A stretch of 64,000 nucleotides of DNA from NCBI RefSeq assembly GCF_036321535.1, contig NC_087436.1, positions 5,456,001-5,520,000 on the forward strand. Direction: 5' to 3'. Shown here in pieces: positions 1 through 11,877 of the stretch (the stretch's first letter is position 1; each line of letters starts with the position of its first letter). Below the pieces are notes generated by a model that saw only the letters and a program-made list of their open reading frames with translations, was not told where the DNA came from and did not search any database. This DNA is from Camelus dromedarius (lineage: Eukaryota). The position numbers and the translations under genes were made by a program.

Positions 1-39
1 ACCTGCCGCTTGGCCGCAGGAGGAAGCTGACTCCTGACA

Positions 40-460
40 CGTCCACCCAGGCGGCATCCAAGCTGCAGCTGCGGGCCAGCGGTGACTGTCCCTGCTCAAG
101 TAGAATCAAAGGTACGTGCTGTACGGCCGGGGACTTGAGGGACCTGTTCTTTTCCATTCTAGTTGGAAGAGAGGATTGTGGACAGCTGACATGGACTTGG
201 AACAGACCAGACATTTCCAGCCCTTTACAGCTTTGCCCCAGGGCTGTGTTCGCCCTCTTGCACTGTCCAGATGTGGTCCCAGGAGACCTGTGTCCTCAGA
301 ATGACCCACAGAACATCACATGGATCCACGGTATTCATGCCATGATGCTAATTGGACCGGATGAGCCAAAGTGGCTAGCGAATTGGAAGCCTTGATAAGA
401 CCCATGTGCCCGAAGTGGGGAGTCAGATCCACAAAGATCCAGGGGCCCATCACGTAGGCG
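40..460 (+). mobile_element. Degenerate ERV-L-type pol (reverse transcriptase) fragment
   Basis: Frame-shifted peptides FFSIL, FTALPQG, PQNITWIHGIHAMMLIGPDE and KIQGP follow the order of ERV-L RT motifs (FFSIP, FTVLPQGY, PQxITLVHYIDDIMLIGP, KIQGP). The catalytic YIDD has decayed to GIHA. Confidence 0.8.
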
Positions 461-1300
461 ACGCCCTCCTGTCTTCAGGTTTCTCGACTGTAATCTAGGT
501 CAGGTAATGTGCGTGCATGTGTGCGTGTGTGTGTGTTTCCAAACTGACAATCCTTATAATACTGCATTTCTTGGGTATGTAATCTGGGGCACATTACTTC
601 CTTGGAACTTATTATTCCCATCTATAAAATAATTTCCTAACTAATAGCCCATAGGAAATTTATGTCCCAAGAAATAGAGTTTTGTAGCGTAAGATATTCT
701 GGTACTATTGTCTCTGAATAGGAAATTCAGCCTGTAACTTCCATAGCATCATTGTTTTGTATTGTGAGGATTCTGACTTTCAATTTCCTGAATTAAAGGT
801 TCGTCGTTAGCCATCCATTTTTAATTTCCTTTATTAAACTTTTCTTAATATATCAAAATCATGTTGTTGCTGCCTTAAAATCTTTTACGCTTTTTTTTTT
901 TGTTCTCTGCTAGTTTCTGTTTGAAGTATCTTCTTGTATTATTTTAGGAATTCATTTTTTATTTCCCTACTCCTAGCTGGTAAATGTCTTACCCAGGTGG
1001 TGAGAGGTTAGAAATGAATTCTGTCACCAGTTGGCAGGAGCCCATGGACTGGCAGCCTGACCTGCGGGTTGAGTGCCTCTATTTAGAAGACACAAGTTTA
1101 AGAGGCACTTCTCCTGACTTCCTGTCCCCTGGCCAGTCCTCTTTTTAGGGGACACTACAGATAAGAGCTTTATGCTTTGCTCCGAGCTGCAATCACAAAG
1201 TGCTGCTGGTTATTAATTTTTTTCCATCTTCTTCAATAACAAAAATTAGACAAAGCAACTCTTTTATATTGACGCCTTTCTTTTTTAACTTATTTCTTTT

Positions 1301-1411
1301 GGGGGGAGGAATTAGGTTTATTTATTTACTTATTTATTTTAATGTAGGCATTGTGGATTGAACCCAGGACCTCACGCATGCTAAGCACATGCTCTAACAT
1401 GGAGCTCTACC
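1301..1411 (-). mobile_element. tRNA-derived SINE (camelid vic-1-like)
   Basis: Reverse complement shows a tRNA-like head with B box GGTTCAATCC, then (TAAA)n and an AAACCTAATT..CCTCCCC tail. Confidence 0.85.
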
Positions 1412-2787
1412 TTTTTGAGTCCATTTAAATACAGCAATGTGGGCTTGGAGAACGCTGAAGAAATTTTAATATTTCATCCCTTATAAGTAAAAGGGATCCT
1501 CACATTTGTATGAACTAAAGAAATATATCTATGTATTAGAAAAACTCTTCAATTATTACTTCGCTTTTGGCCAAAGTCAAGTTCTCAAATCCAGACTGCT
1601 CTGCTTATTCACAAAATAATATTCTCCTGATAAACTGTGAAAATGAAGAGGCCTATTTCTTGAACTATATCTTGGCCTACTTGTCAATGTGGCGATGATA
1701 AAAAATATTGCTTCAAAAACAATGGGAGAAAAAAAACCCAATGGGAATTGCATAAATTTGCTGGGCTTTATTCACATGTTGACATTCCAGTTTCTTTGGA
1801 CTTCCTTCAGGTTGAACACATGTCCTCCTTCTTGGCTTTTCTCATCTTCCTGATCAATTCCCATTTAGAGCCACAAATTTATTGAAAGCAACACTTAAGG
1901 GTTCTTAATGAAACCAGTGAAACGGCCCTAAATGCCACCTATTGTAAAATCTGAAACATACTCTTTCTGCGAGTCTAATAAAACCTCTTCTGCTTTGAGT
2001 GATTCCGTCAGTAACACTGTACATGATTTGCCATCTGGATGAGACCTCTTTTGTCTTGGTTTTCAAATGGAAACAATTAACCCAATCAATCGCCCAGATT
2101 TTTCCCTAGGAATTATACTAACCAAAATGGAATGCCAATAAAGTAAGAATTATTCCTGGAATTCCTATATTTCCTTTAAAAACACACTAAAAGACAAACA
2201 AAAACCCCATAATTTTTCAAGGGGCATAGGCTCAAGTCTCAAGTACCGTATTTACCTGTTTCTATATGTTTGTCCTCCTAAATACATATCATTATATTCT
2301 CTGTTAGAAAAAAAGACAATGCATCTTTTCAAACTCAGATGTATGATTCATCTGGAAAATTTCCTAAAGCCATAGACAGAGATTTACATTAAATAGCTAG
2401 GAATGCTGATCCATTTGTATTAGATAATTCTCCAAAACTTAGGAAGACCAAATCTTTAATTCATAAATCTCGTGGAAAAGATTTCCGAGGGGAGCCCCAA
2501 ATTCAGCCTGAGATACAGGTGTCCTTCTTCTTTGTCTTTAAATATTCCCAACGCCAGAAAGCAAGGTGCCAGAATGCGGGCATGGGCTTGCCTTCCGCTC
2601 CAGCTCCGGCACCAGGTCTGCCGGAGGCTCAGCCATCCCAGGTTACAGTTCCTGCAGAACAGGTGGAAGTTCCTGAATAACACTGATCAGAGGTAGAGCA
2701 GCTGTTTTGTGCCAGCACCAGGTTTTAAATTTGATTTACAGTATTATGTTAGTTTCAGGTTCACAGCAAAGTGACTCAGTTATATAA

Positions 2788-2794
2788 ACACACA

Positions 2795-2824
<30 letters not shown>
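2788..2824. repeat. (AC)5(GT)n microsatellite at the end of a short L1 3' fragment
   Basis: acacacacac-gtgtgtgt... read directly from the sequence. Confidence 0.95.
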
Positions 2825-2825
<1 letters not shown>

Positions 2826-3394
2826 ATTCAGCTCATGTTCCATTAATGCCAGTACCGTTTTTATTTAAAACAAATTTAGGTACAAAATTACCTAACTTGG
2901 GACAGAACCAGTTATCAATTGTGGATAAAGACTGGTTGACGGTCAAGTTTTGTACAGAATTTGTTAATGGAGAGATGTAATTTAAAGAAGAAAATGCCAT
3001 AAATAATTTCTTGCTTCAGTTTTATAGCTATTTCAAGAAAATTACCTGAAAGAATTAACATAGCACAAAAGTGAAATGACAAAGGTGTGCTATTTTGGGA
3101 TCACAATCTGTTGCTTTGAAAGAGATTTACTCTCAGTGTGAATTCATTATGTTGTTTGCTTCATCTATTTTAACGACATTCTTTCATGTTTGGAAACAGT
3201 TCAAAATCAACATGTTCTCTTGCTAACCATACTTCTTAAATGTAAATCTGGTCGTGGTTTTATCTCCTACTTAAAATCTTCAATGACTCTGATCGTCTTC
3301 AAAATAAAATGAAAATAGACCTTAAGCCGGTGGTTCAATGTTCTTCATAACCTGCGCTTAAACTAAGTTAAAGCCATAACTCTCTGGCTTTATC

Positions 3395-6230
3395 TTTTTT
3401 TTTTTTTTTTTTTGCACAAAAGATTGGTTTTGTTGAAATTTTACATGACTTATGGACAGCCAATTTATGTGAAAGCCCTTATTTCCCCCCTTTTCAGATA
3501 TTTCCATTTGGCTGTATGTGACATATACCTTGGCATGAAATAAAATTCCAAATTCACTCATGTAGTATAACTAAACGTAAATATTTTAAACGTGTTAAAA
3601 AGAAAAATACAATTGAGGTTCAATTAAAGTGATTTCTCATTTTGTTACTTGATTTATCTCTTAAAAACTAACTCCGAAAAGCAGGTCAAGTTGAAGCAGC
3701 GCTCTACTGAAGCATCACCGTGTTTTAAAATGTTCTGCTTATTTTATGTCTATTGAGGATGATATATTTAGAATTATGATTAAGCCAATCAAGGCAAAAT
3801 ATTGGTTGTCAATATTAACCCCTCTTGGGGTCGGCTAGGCTAGTTCTTCAGATAAGAAAATAGAAATGAAACAAAAATCACCCTTCATTTCTAGCGCAGA
3901 TTAACTTCCAAAAAACCCAACTGGCTAGATCTGTGCTACCCAATATGAAAGCTACCTTTGGCTACTTAAATTTAAATGTAATTAAAAATTCTTCTTCAGT
4001 CATACCAGGCATTGCTCAATAAGCACATGCATCTGGTGGTTCCCAAATTGGACAGCATAGATGTGGAACATTTCTGTCACTGTAGGAAGTTCCATCAGAC
4101 AGCACTTGGCTGGACAATATGGGAGCTGACTCGTATATAACTATGTGAATATATGTATTTTTTTCCTTCTCCATCACAAATGCTACTTGTTTAAACAAAC
4201 TTCAGCAGATGGACAATCTTGATTATTTCAGCCCAAGAAAATAGTATAAAAATCCATATTTTTATAATTTCTCCAATTCATACAACACAGTGGAAAAGTC
4301 CAAAGCCCTGTAATGAATCCCTTCTTTACCAAACGTAAACCCAGTCTTATGAGCTCCCTCTGGGCCGCAGCATCTTGGCCGGGGCAGAGTTCTCCTGCGG
4401 CAAAGCCTTGCTAGGGGCGCCATGTCAGCGTGGACTAGCCACTCCCGCTACCTTACACGGCCTCCTTGGAGGATGGGGCCCTGGCAGCACCACCTCTGCT
4501 CCTTTCTCTGAGGGGCGCCCACGGTGCCCACGCAGGGCAGCCTGACCGTCCACGCAGGGCGCGCAAGGCTTCCCGTGACCAGCTAGGCCCATACTTCCTC
4601 CGCTCGGGCCACCAGCGCGCCATCTGAGCCCAGCGCCTGGGCAGAGAATCCGGCCCTTCCTTCTACCTTCAAGGCCAGATTATACACCTAAAAGCCTTTC
4701 CTGAGTGCCTACCCCTTGTAAAATATAACTTAAAATATATGAAAATAGCAATTTGTGTAACAAACCCAAGGAAAGCTGTTCCCAGTCAAAAGACAGAAAT
4801 GTGTTAAACTCTTTAAAAATAAGCTTGCATCTGACTAGTCCAATATCAGTATTCTTTTCACAGCCCCTTTCTCCCTGGATTCCTGAAAACAATGCAATCA
4901 ACTTCAAAATTTGGTCTTTAAGTGACAATTTTAAAAAATAACACATTTTCTAAAATACTAAATGTATATTATTTAGAAACGGTGTATGCAAATAAACTTT
5001 TAAATATCAATATATAAACCCATTTATCAATTCACTCTCCAGTTAATAGAAAGAGGTATTCACATACTTGAATGTGAAAATCATTTTTCCTATGACCGTG
5101 GTTTCTAGACTTTGCCCTTAAGCACAAGCTATTATCCCTCTCTGGCATGACCCACAACATGAAGATTTACAGCCTCTCAGGGCAGGAAGATTCAGCAGTC
5201 TTCTGCTGGATGGTATCAAAGCTGAAGGCTGAAAGATACTTTGGCGGTATAGCTGGGAACAGATTCTCTTTCTATAAGATCTTCAAGACAGGCTTTCATA
5301 AATTCATTATCAAAATGCTGGCGATCTCGTCCACTTTCTATCACTGCATCACCATCTTGACATTGGGTATTCTCAGTGGGATTGTCCATAAGGCTTACGA
5401 ATTTTAAAGGTGTGGATGGGCCACAAAGGGCCATCAGGAGCTCCACAAGCGGTCCCCGCGGTTGACTAACAGAGCGAGCTTCTTTAGGTTAAGCAGGGGT
5501 GCGGAAGGTGGTCATCCTGCTCTTATACAGGAGGAAGACCTGCATTTCCTCTAGCCTGTCGATGTCTTGCGGCAGGTCATTCAGGTTATTGTTGCTGATG
5601 TCCAACCATCGCAAATTAGACATCCGCGGGACACAGGTCGGGATGCTGGAGAGCTGGTTTGCTGAGACGTCTAGGAAGGAAACCTGCTTCAAATTACTTA
5701 ACTCAAAGGGGAGCTCGGTTAACCCTAGATTTCCAGAACAATCCAGTTTCTCTAAGTCTTCACCGTCTCCCAGTTCTGGAGGAATGCTCTTCAGATGGTT
5801 GAAACTCACGTTGGGTTCCTTCATGTTCTTCAAGCAGCCTTCCAGTGCTCCCTCGAAAGTTCAAACACGAACTCACTTCTGGGTTTGCCTCTCTTCTTGG
5901 AAAGCGAACTGTCTTGTGAGAGAGTTCCTTTCAATCTTATCCAGAAGCCTCCCGCTGGTGTCTACGAAGCCATTCTTGCAGTACGCAGCCTGGGGGGTGC
6001 CTTTCCTCCTTTCCTTGGCCACGAAGTTCCACACTTCCTTTATCCTAAAATGTGCAGCAGAAGCCGCGGTTGCCTCCGTCATCTGCCCAGAGACGCCAGG
6101 TGGACCCCTCGGGCTTCATCTTCTTACATCTTCTGAGGATGCTCCGGCCATCCTGTAGTTCTGAATACTTACGTACTGGGCTTACAGTCGGTTCGCATGC
6201 CTGCGTACATCCCGGTTTGTCTGTTTAGAA
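3395..6230 (-). pseudogene. LRRC2: Processed pseudogene of LRRC2 (leucine-rich repeat containing 2), with probable 3' UTR and poly(A) remnant
   Basis: Intronless - strand peptides [83 protein letters not shown]...[11 protein letters not shown] and [12 protein letters not shown]...[17 protein letters not shown] match recalled LRRC2. Coding homology runs 6044-5216 (stop at 5216-5218) with several frameshifts. A T19 run at 3395-3413 is the candidate poly(A). Outer boundaries are inferred and no clear TSD was found. Confidence 0.9.
3930..4106 (-). mobile_element. MER3-like hAT-Charlie DNA transposon relic, inside the putative retrocopy 3' UTR
   Basis: ttggacagcatagatgtggaacatttctgtcactgtaggaagttccatcagacagcact and ggctacttaaatttaaat resemble the reverse complement of the MER3 consensus. 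Confidence 0.7.
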
Positions 6231-6699
6231 AAAACATCTGCACCCGAAGGACTTTCATCCTGTATACTTCTAATTATTTTACAGGACTCCATCCAATATC
6301 TTCTTTGGGAAAACTTCATGATTCCCCGAGTCTGGGCTGTGCGATCTCAGGGTGTCCTTACTCACCTGTGTGGTGACACTTACCCATAGTTTATAAATAT
6401 GTCTGTTTCCCTTACTTGGATCGCTGTAGTATAGACACTATTTCTTACGAGTTTTTATATTTCAGTTGCCTACACAGTGTTTGACCTATAGTAGATACCC
6501 AGAACATTATCAGAAAAACGTTATTAATAGGAAAATAGAATAAAAATGAACTATCTGGTATTTCTTCAGCCTTAATGAGTAATTTTCTTACTAAAAATAA
6601 ACTGTGCCTGAAATTGTTCTAACTCCCTATCATTTCCATCTCCATAAATTTTTTTTCTTTTTAAAAGTTTTTCAATACATTTTATTTATTTATTTATTT

Positions 6700-6816
6700 G
6701 GGAGGTCATTATGTTTGTTTGTTTGTTTACTATTTTTTAATGGAGGTACTGGGGATTGAACCCTGGACCTCATGCATGCTAAGCACGTGCTCCATCTTTG
6801 AGCTACACCCTCCCCC
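6700..6816 (-). mobile_element. tRNA-derived SINE (vic-1-like)
   Basis: ggaggtactggggattgaaccctggacctcatgcatgctaagcacgtgctcc...gagctacaccctcccc. Confidence 0.9.
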
Positions 6817-6995
6817 TTCATAAACTTGCAATAATCAGATCCTAGGTTTCAATCATTTATGAAGAAAGTATAGGAAACTGAGTTGAATTAATTGGAATTC
6901 ATAAATAAAAAAACTGGACACAAGAATAATGCTTTATCAAAAGTGCAGTTCATTATTTTGTCTTGGGAGAAAAAGTATTCATTTGGGACGATTGA

Positions 6996-7830
6996 TTTTT
7001 TTTTTTAATTGAAGTACAGTCAGTTACAATGTGTCAATTTTGGTGTCAGCACAATGTCCCAGTCATGCAGATACTTACATGCATTCGTTTTCATATTCTT
7101 TTTCATTAAAGGTTATTACAAGATATTGAATATAGCTCCCTGTGCTATACAGAAGAAATTTTGTTTTTTAAATCTGTTTTTATATATAGGGGCAAACATT
7201 TTCAAATATCAAACTCCCAAATTTATCCTTTCCCACCCTCTCTCTCCCCTGGTAACCATAAGATTGTTTACTATGTTTGTGAGTCTGTTTCTGTTGTGCA
7301 GATGAGTTCATTAGTGTCCTCTTTTTCTCTTTTTTTTTAGATTCTACATATGAGTGATATTGTATGGTATTTTTCTTTCTCTTTCTGGCTTACTTCACTT
7401 AGAATGACATTCTCCAGGAACGTCCATGTTGCTGCAAATGGCATTATTTCATTCTTTTTTATGGCTGAGTAGTATTCCATTGTGTAAATATACCACAGCT
7501 TCTTTATCCAGTCATCTGTTGATAGACATTTAGATTGTTTTCATGTCTTGGCTATTGTATGGGGTGCTACCATGAACATCGGGGTTCATGTATATTTTCA
7601 AATCAGAGTTCTCTCTGGACATATGCCCAGTAGTGGGATTGCTGGATCACAGGGTAAGTCTATTTCTAGTTTTTTAAGGAACTTCCATACTGTCCTCCAT
7701 AATGGCTGCACCAATCTGCACTCCCACCAACAGTGTAGAAGGGTTCCCTTCTCTCCACAGCTTCTCCAGCATTTATCATTGTGGACTTTTTAATGATGAC
7801 CATTCTGACTGGTGTAAGGTGATACCTTAT
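6996..7830 (-). mobile_element. 5'-truncated LINE-1 (ORF2 C-terminus plus 3' UTR)
   Basis: T-run tail followed by typical L1 3' end motifs, e.g. tttatggctgagtagtattccattgtgtaaatataccaca and aatggctgcaccaatctgcactcccaccaacagtg. Confidence 0.9.
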
Positions 7831-8531
7831 CGAAGAAATGCAAATCAGGAGCTTACTCTTAGACTATTTTTGCCCAGAGCAGCATTTTTCCACATTACAA
7901 TTCTTGAAACAATAGATCTATGGAATATTTACAGGTGTAGCATAAAAAAATTTCCTGGTCAAACACGTTTAGGAGATGCTGGGCTAAACAATGTTGACTT
8001 TTTTTCTTTAATTTACAATATAACCAAACATTTGATATACTAAAATACATTATAAATCTTAAATGAAGATGTGATAGACAAAATTTCCACAAGTCTGTTT
8101 AGTCCTTGAGTTATTCTTTGTCTGAGGCTAATGTTGCAAAGAATGTGCTTTAGGAAATGCGAGAGTTGTGTCCAAACGTTTAATCTGGTCCTTCTTTTTC
8201 TCATCCAATCTAATGCTTTACTGATTTTTCTCTTCCTTGGCCATGCCAGCTTCAGAAGTGGATGTTTCTCTCTCAGCCCTCACTCCTTTGGCTGATTCCA
8301 CTACCCTTGAACAAATGTCCTTCTGCACCAGCACTATATATAAATTCTAGTGACAAAGTGAGTTTTCAGAATTAGGTCAGAGAGATCTAATCTTTAGAAT
8401 CCACAGCAAGCTTAAGGACTTCCTTAATGACAACACAAAGAGCTTAATTTGCTTGGTGAGCCTGATTTTAAATTTACTTTAAAACCATAAAAATTTGATA
8501 AATACTGTGGTTTTCTTTCTATGACTTACTG

Positions 8532-9180
8532 TTTTTTTTTTAATTGAAGTATAGTCAGTTGACAAGGTTGTGTCAACTTCTGGTGTACAGCATAATGTTT
8601 CAGTCAGACGTATACATACATAGATTTCTTTTCAGATTCTTTTTCATTATAGGTTACTACAAGGTATCAAATGTAGCTCCCTGTGCTGTACAGTATAAAC
8701 TTGTTATTTATCTATTTTATATATAGCAGTTAGTATCTGGAAATCTTGAACTCCCAATTTACCCCTTCCCACCACTCCCCCAACCCCAGTAACCATAAGT
8801 TTGTTTTCTGTCTGTGAGTCTGTTTCAGTTTTGTAAATAAGTTCATTTGTCTTTTTGTTTTTTTAGATTCCACATATAAGTGATACGTCATTTCTCTTTC
8901 TCTTTCTGGCTCACTTCACTTAGAATGATGATATCCAGGTCCATACGTGTTGCTGCAAAAAGCATTATTTTATTCTTTTTTATGGCTGAGTAGTATTCCA
9001 TTGTATAAATATACCACAGCTTCTTTATCCAGTCATCTGCCAATGGACATTTAGGTTGTTTCCATGTCTTGGCTACTGCAAATAGTGCTGCTGTGAACAC
9101 TTGGGTGCAAGTATCTTTTTGAGTTAGATTTCCCTCTGGATATATGCCCAGGAGTGGGATTGCTGGATCATATGGTAAGT
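8532..9180 (-). mobile_element. 5'-truncated LINE-1
   Basis: ORF 8888-9322(-) contains the L1 ORF2 C-terminus [14 protein letters not shown]...KTWKQPKCP...[20 protein letters not shown]. Confidence 0.92.
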
Positions 9181-10118
9181 AGCTGCTTTGGTTACCAGAG
9201 GACGCCAGCATGTCATCACGAACATGTGAGACTTGACGTCCTGCCCGCTGGAGGAGCACGTGACCACTTCCCAGACCTCCAGCACTGCTGACCGGCAGAT
9301 TCAAACTTGCCCAAAGAGGCAATTCTAGCTTTGCTCAGACTTAGTTAAAGCTGCAAACACTTTTGGAAGAGATTCCATTGTATTGGAAGATTTGTGGGCC
9401 TGAGTTGCCAGGCATCTGCTCCAAGAACTATTGTTATTGCTTTAAAGGAACGTTTGGGTTTGAGCTGTTGGGACTGAGCTGACCTGTCACCCAGTAACTG
9501 TGAAACAAAGGAACAAACAACTCACACAAGCTGATCTGTGGATGACAACTGCTTCATGACACCCAGCTGGGCGTGAAGAGCTGGGGCTTGTCCGTGATTC
9601 TGATGTCCTCCGTACTGGACTATCCTGGATAGCACCAAATAAGCTCTGGCTTATCTGTTTCTTCCTAAGGTATGTTCTTGAGGGGCATTAAGAATATCAT
9701 GTCATTGACAAAGATGTGAGTAATTCTTTGTTTCTTTACTTAGAACTAAAGAATAGTGTATATCTCATTTATCTAAAAGCTGTATCGTACAATGTCGGTG
9801 CTTTCACAGTAAGTACTCTGACACAACATGAAAATCTGACACCTGCACACTGCCAATCCCAGGCAGTTCCTCTCTGTGTGAATAAGGGCTGGGATGGCTT
9901 AGTGGCAGTTACAGTAGCCTTTGATTGTTCTGAACTGTTGCCTCAATTCGATGAAACAGAATACAATCCTCAAATTCATAAGTAGGAGTATCTTACATTT
10001 CTACTGTTACGTTCTCAAAATTACACCGCAGTTGATCTGGTTGTATACTAATGCTATTCTGGGCGTCATGAGCTATTATTGAATGTGCAATTTATAATCA
10101 CACACAAAATATTTTTAC

Positions 10119-10241
10119 GAGGAGGATATAGCTCAGTGGTAGAGTGTGTGCTTAGCATGCACGAGGGCCTGAGTTCAATCCCCAGTACCTCCATTTAAAA
10201 AATAAAAAGAAATAAATAAATAAACTTAATCACCTCCCCCC
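10119..10241 (+). mobile_element. tRNA-derived SINE (vic-1-like)
   Basis: A box TAGCTCAGTGG, B box GAGTTCAATCC, then an A-rich tail ending cacctcccccc. Confidence 0.9.
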
Positions 10242-10799
10242 AAAAAACAATTTTAAAAAGTTTTAGATCCCAGTTTCCAATGTCAGACATACTCAGGGGC
10301 ATAGTTCTCCCAATCATTTATTATGAGTGATATTGACAAACTTTGGAAAATTTATATGATGCTTCTGGATATGTCCCTATAAATTGTGATAAGAATAATA
10401 TTGACTTCATGGAGGTGTAGAGGAGATAATGTATTTGTGTACCAACTGGAGACTAGTACACTGTTGATGAATGATGGTTATAATTATTGTTACTGCTGTT
10501 ACGTGGAACAGAAAGGAAAATTAAGTGAACAACAATTCACACATTAGTAAATCTTTAGGACCAAGCTGAAGTTGGAAGCAAGATTCCGGGTCTAGCACCA
10601 GAACGGCCTCTTGACTTCAATGTGCTAACCTGCAGTCAGAATTCTGTACAAGCCAAGTCTGTGTCTAAAAAAGAAGATGCTTAACCCACTTATGTGCAAC
10701 TGACATGGGAAACTTGATGTTCTAATAGGACACTAAAGATGAACTAACTCTAACACTTCCCATAAAAAAATAATAAGAGTATTAACAACATCTTGCAGT

Positions 10800-11235
10800 C
10801 AGAGTGGGAATAGATGGAATAGAGATCAAAAAAAAAAAAAAAGAAAAAAAAAAGAAAAGAAAAGATCAGTGAAACTAAAAGCTGGTTTATAAAAAAGATA
10901 AACAAAATGAACAAATCTTTAGCCAGATTCATCAAGAGAAAAAACAGGGCCAGTAAATAAAATTAGAAATAAAAGAGACGTTACAACGACCACCATAGAA
11001 ATAATCATAAGAGAATACGACAGTTACATGCCAATAAATTGGAAACCTGGAAGAAATGGATAAATTCCTAGAAAGATACAATCTTTCAAGGCTAAATCAG
11101 GAAGAAAGAGGAAATCGGAACAGACCAATTACTAGTAATGAAATTAAATCAGTAATTTAAAAAAAAAGAAAAACTCTTTACAAGCAAAAAATATGGCTTC
11201 ACAGGGGAATTCTACCAAACATTTAAAGAAGATTG
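10800..11235 (+). mobile_element. Old LINE-1 ORF2 internal fragment
   Basis: gaaactaaaagctggttt...aagataaacaaaat, gaagaaatggataaattcctagaa and gaattctaccaaacatttaaagaaga are typical L1 ORF2 segments. Confidence 0.85.
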
Positions 11236-11601
11236 TTTGAAAGTGAGTTTAAAAATAATGATTGTATAAAAGTGAGTGCAAAAATAATTAGGTGTTTGGA
11301 GACTATTTTAAGGATAATGTGCTATGTCAGAAAAACATGTGGAAGTGATTTTTGGTTATCAAATAATATTTTTATTTTTCTAATACAGTAAGACTGATTA
11401 CTCATCAACATTTCTCAATATAAGTTTTGCTGTCCTGTAAAATTCATGAATAGTACTTAACAGATGCAAAATAACTTATCCATCATCTAATTATCCTTTA
11501 TTGTAATCTTCTAATTTATATTTATACCTCTATTACCTATTTTTGAGAAATTTTTTAAGATGATGACTCAAGGAAAAACACACCTAAAAACAACTGGACA
11601 T

Positions 11602-11877
11602 GGTGGTGGAATTGGTTAATGGTGATCAAAGATACAAACTTCCAATTATAAGTAAGTACTGAAGTTGTAACATACAATGTGATGATAATAATACTGTATT
11701 GTACGTTTGAGAAGTGGCTGAGAGTGAATCTTAAAAGTTCTCATTGCAAGGAAAAGAATTTGTAACTACATGAGGTGATCATTTCACAATATTTACACAT
11801 ATCAAATTGTTATGTTGTACATCCGAAACTCGTATGATGTTATGCCAATTATAGCTCAATAACACTGGAAAAAAATT
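11602..11877 (+). mobile_element. Old L1 (L1MA-like) 3' UTR fragment with degenerate TSD
   Basis: L1 3' UTR motifs, flanked by aaacaactggacat (~11588) and aaacagctggacat (~11878). Confidence 0.75.

Noticed and set aside
5489..5833. 114-aa LRR ORF as a functional retrogene
   Set aside because: It is one fragment among frameshifts on both sides and ends prematurely (TTFRTPA*).
5499..6158. 219-aa + strand ORF
   Set aside because: Antisense shadow of the LRRC2 pseudogene; no independent coding evidence.
9640..9660. ctctggcttatct as the distal TSD of the LRRC2 retrocopy (similar to 3380-3395)
   Set aside because: Imperfect match more than 3 kb beyond the end of LRRC2 homology; likely chance.
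10119..10195. tRNA gene calls for this and similar A/B-box sequences
   Set aside because: Diverged copies share a non-tRNA tail (AT-rich plus CCTAAT..CCTCCCC), which marks them as SINEs.
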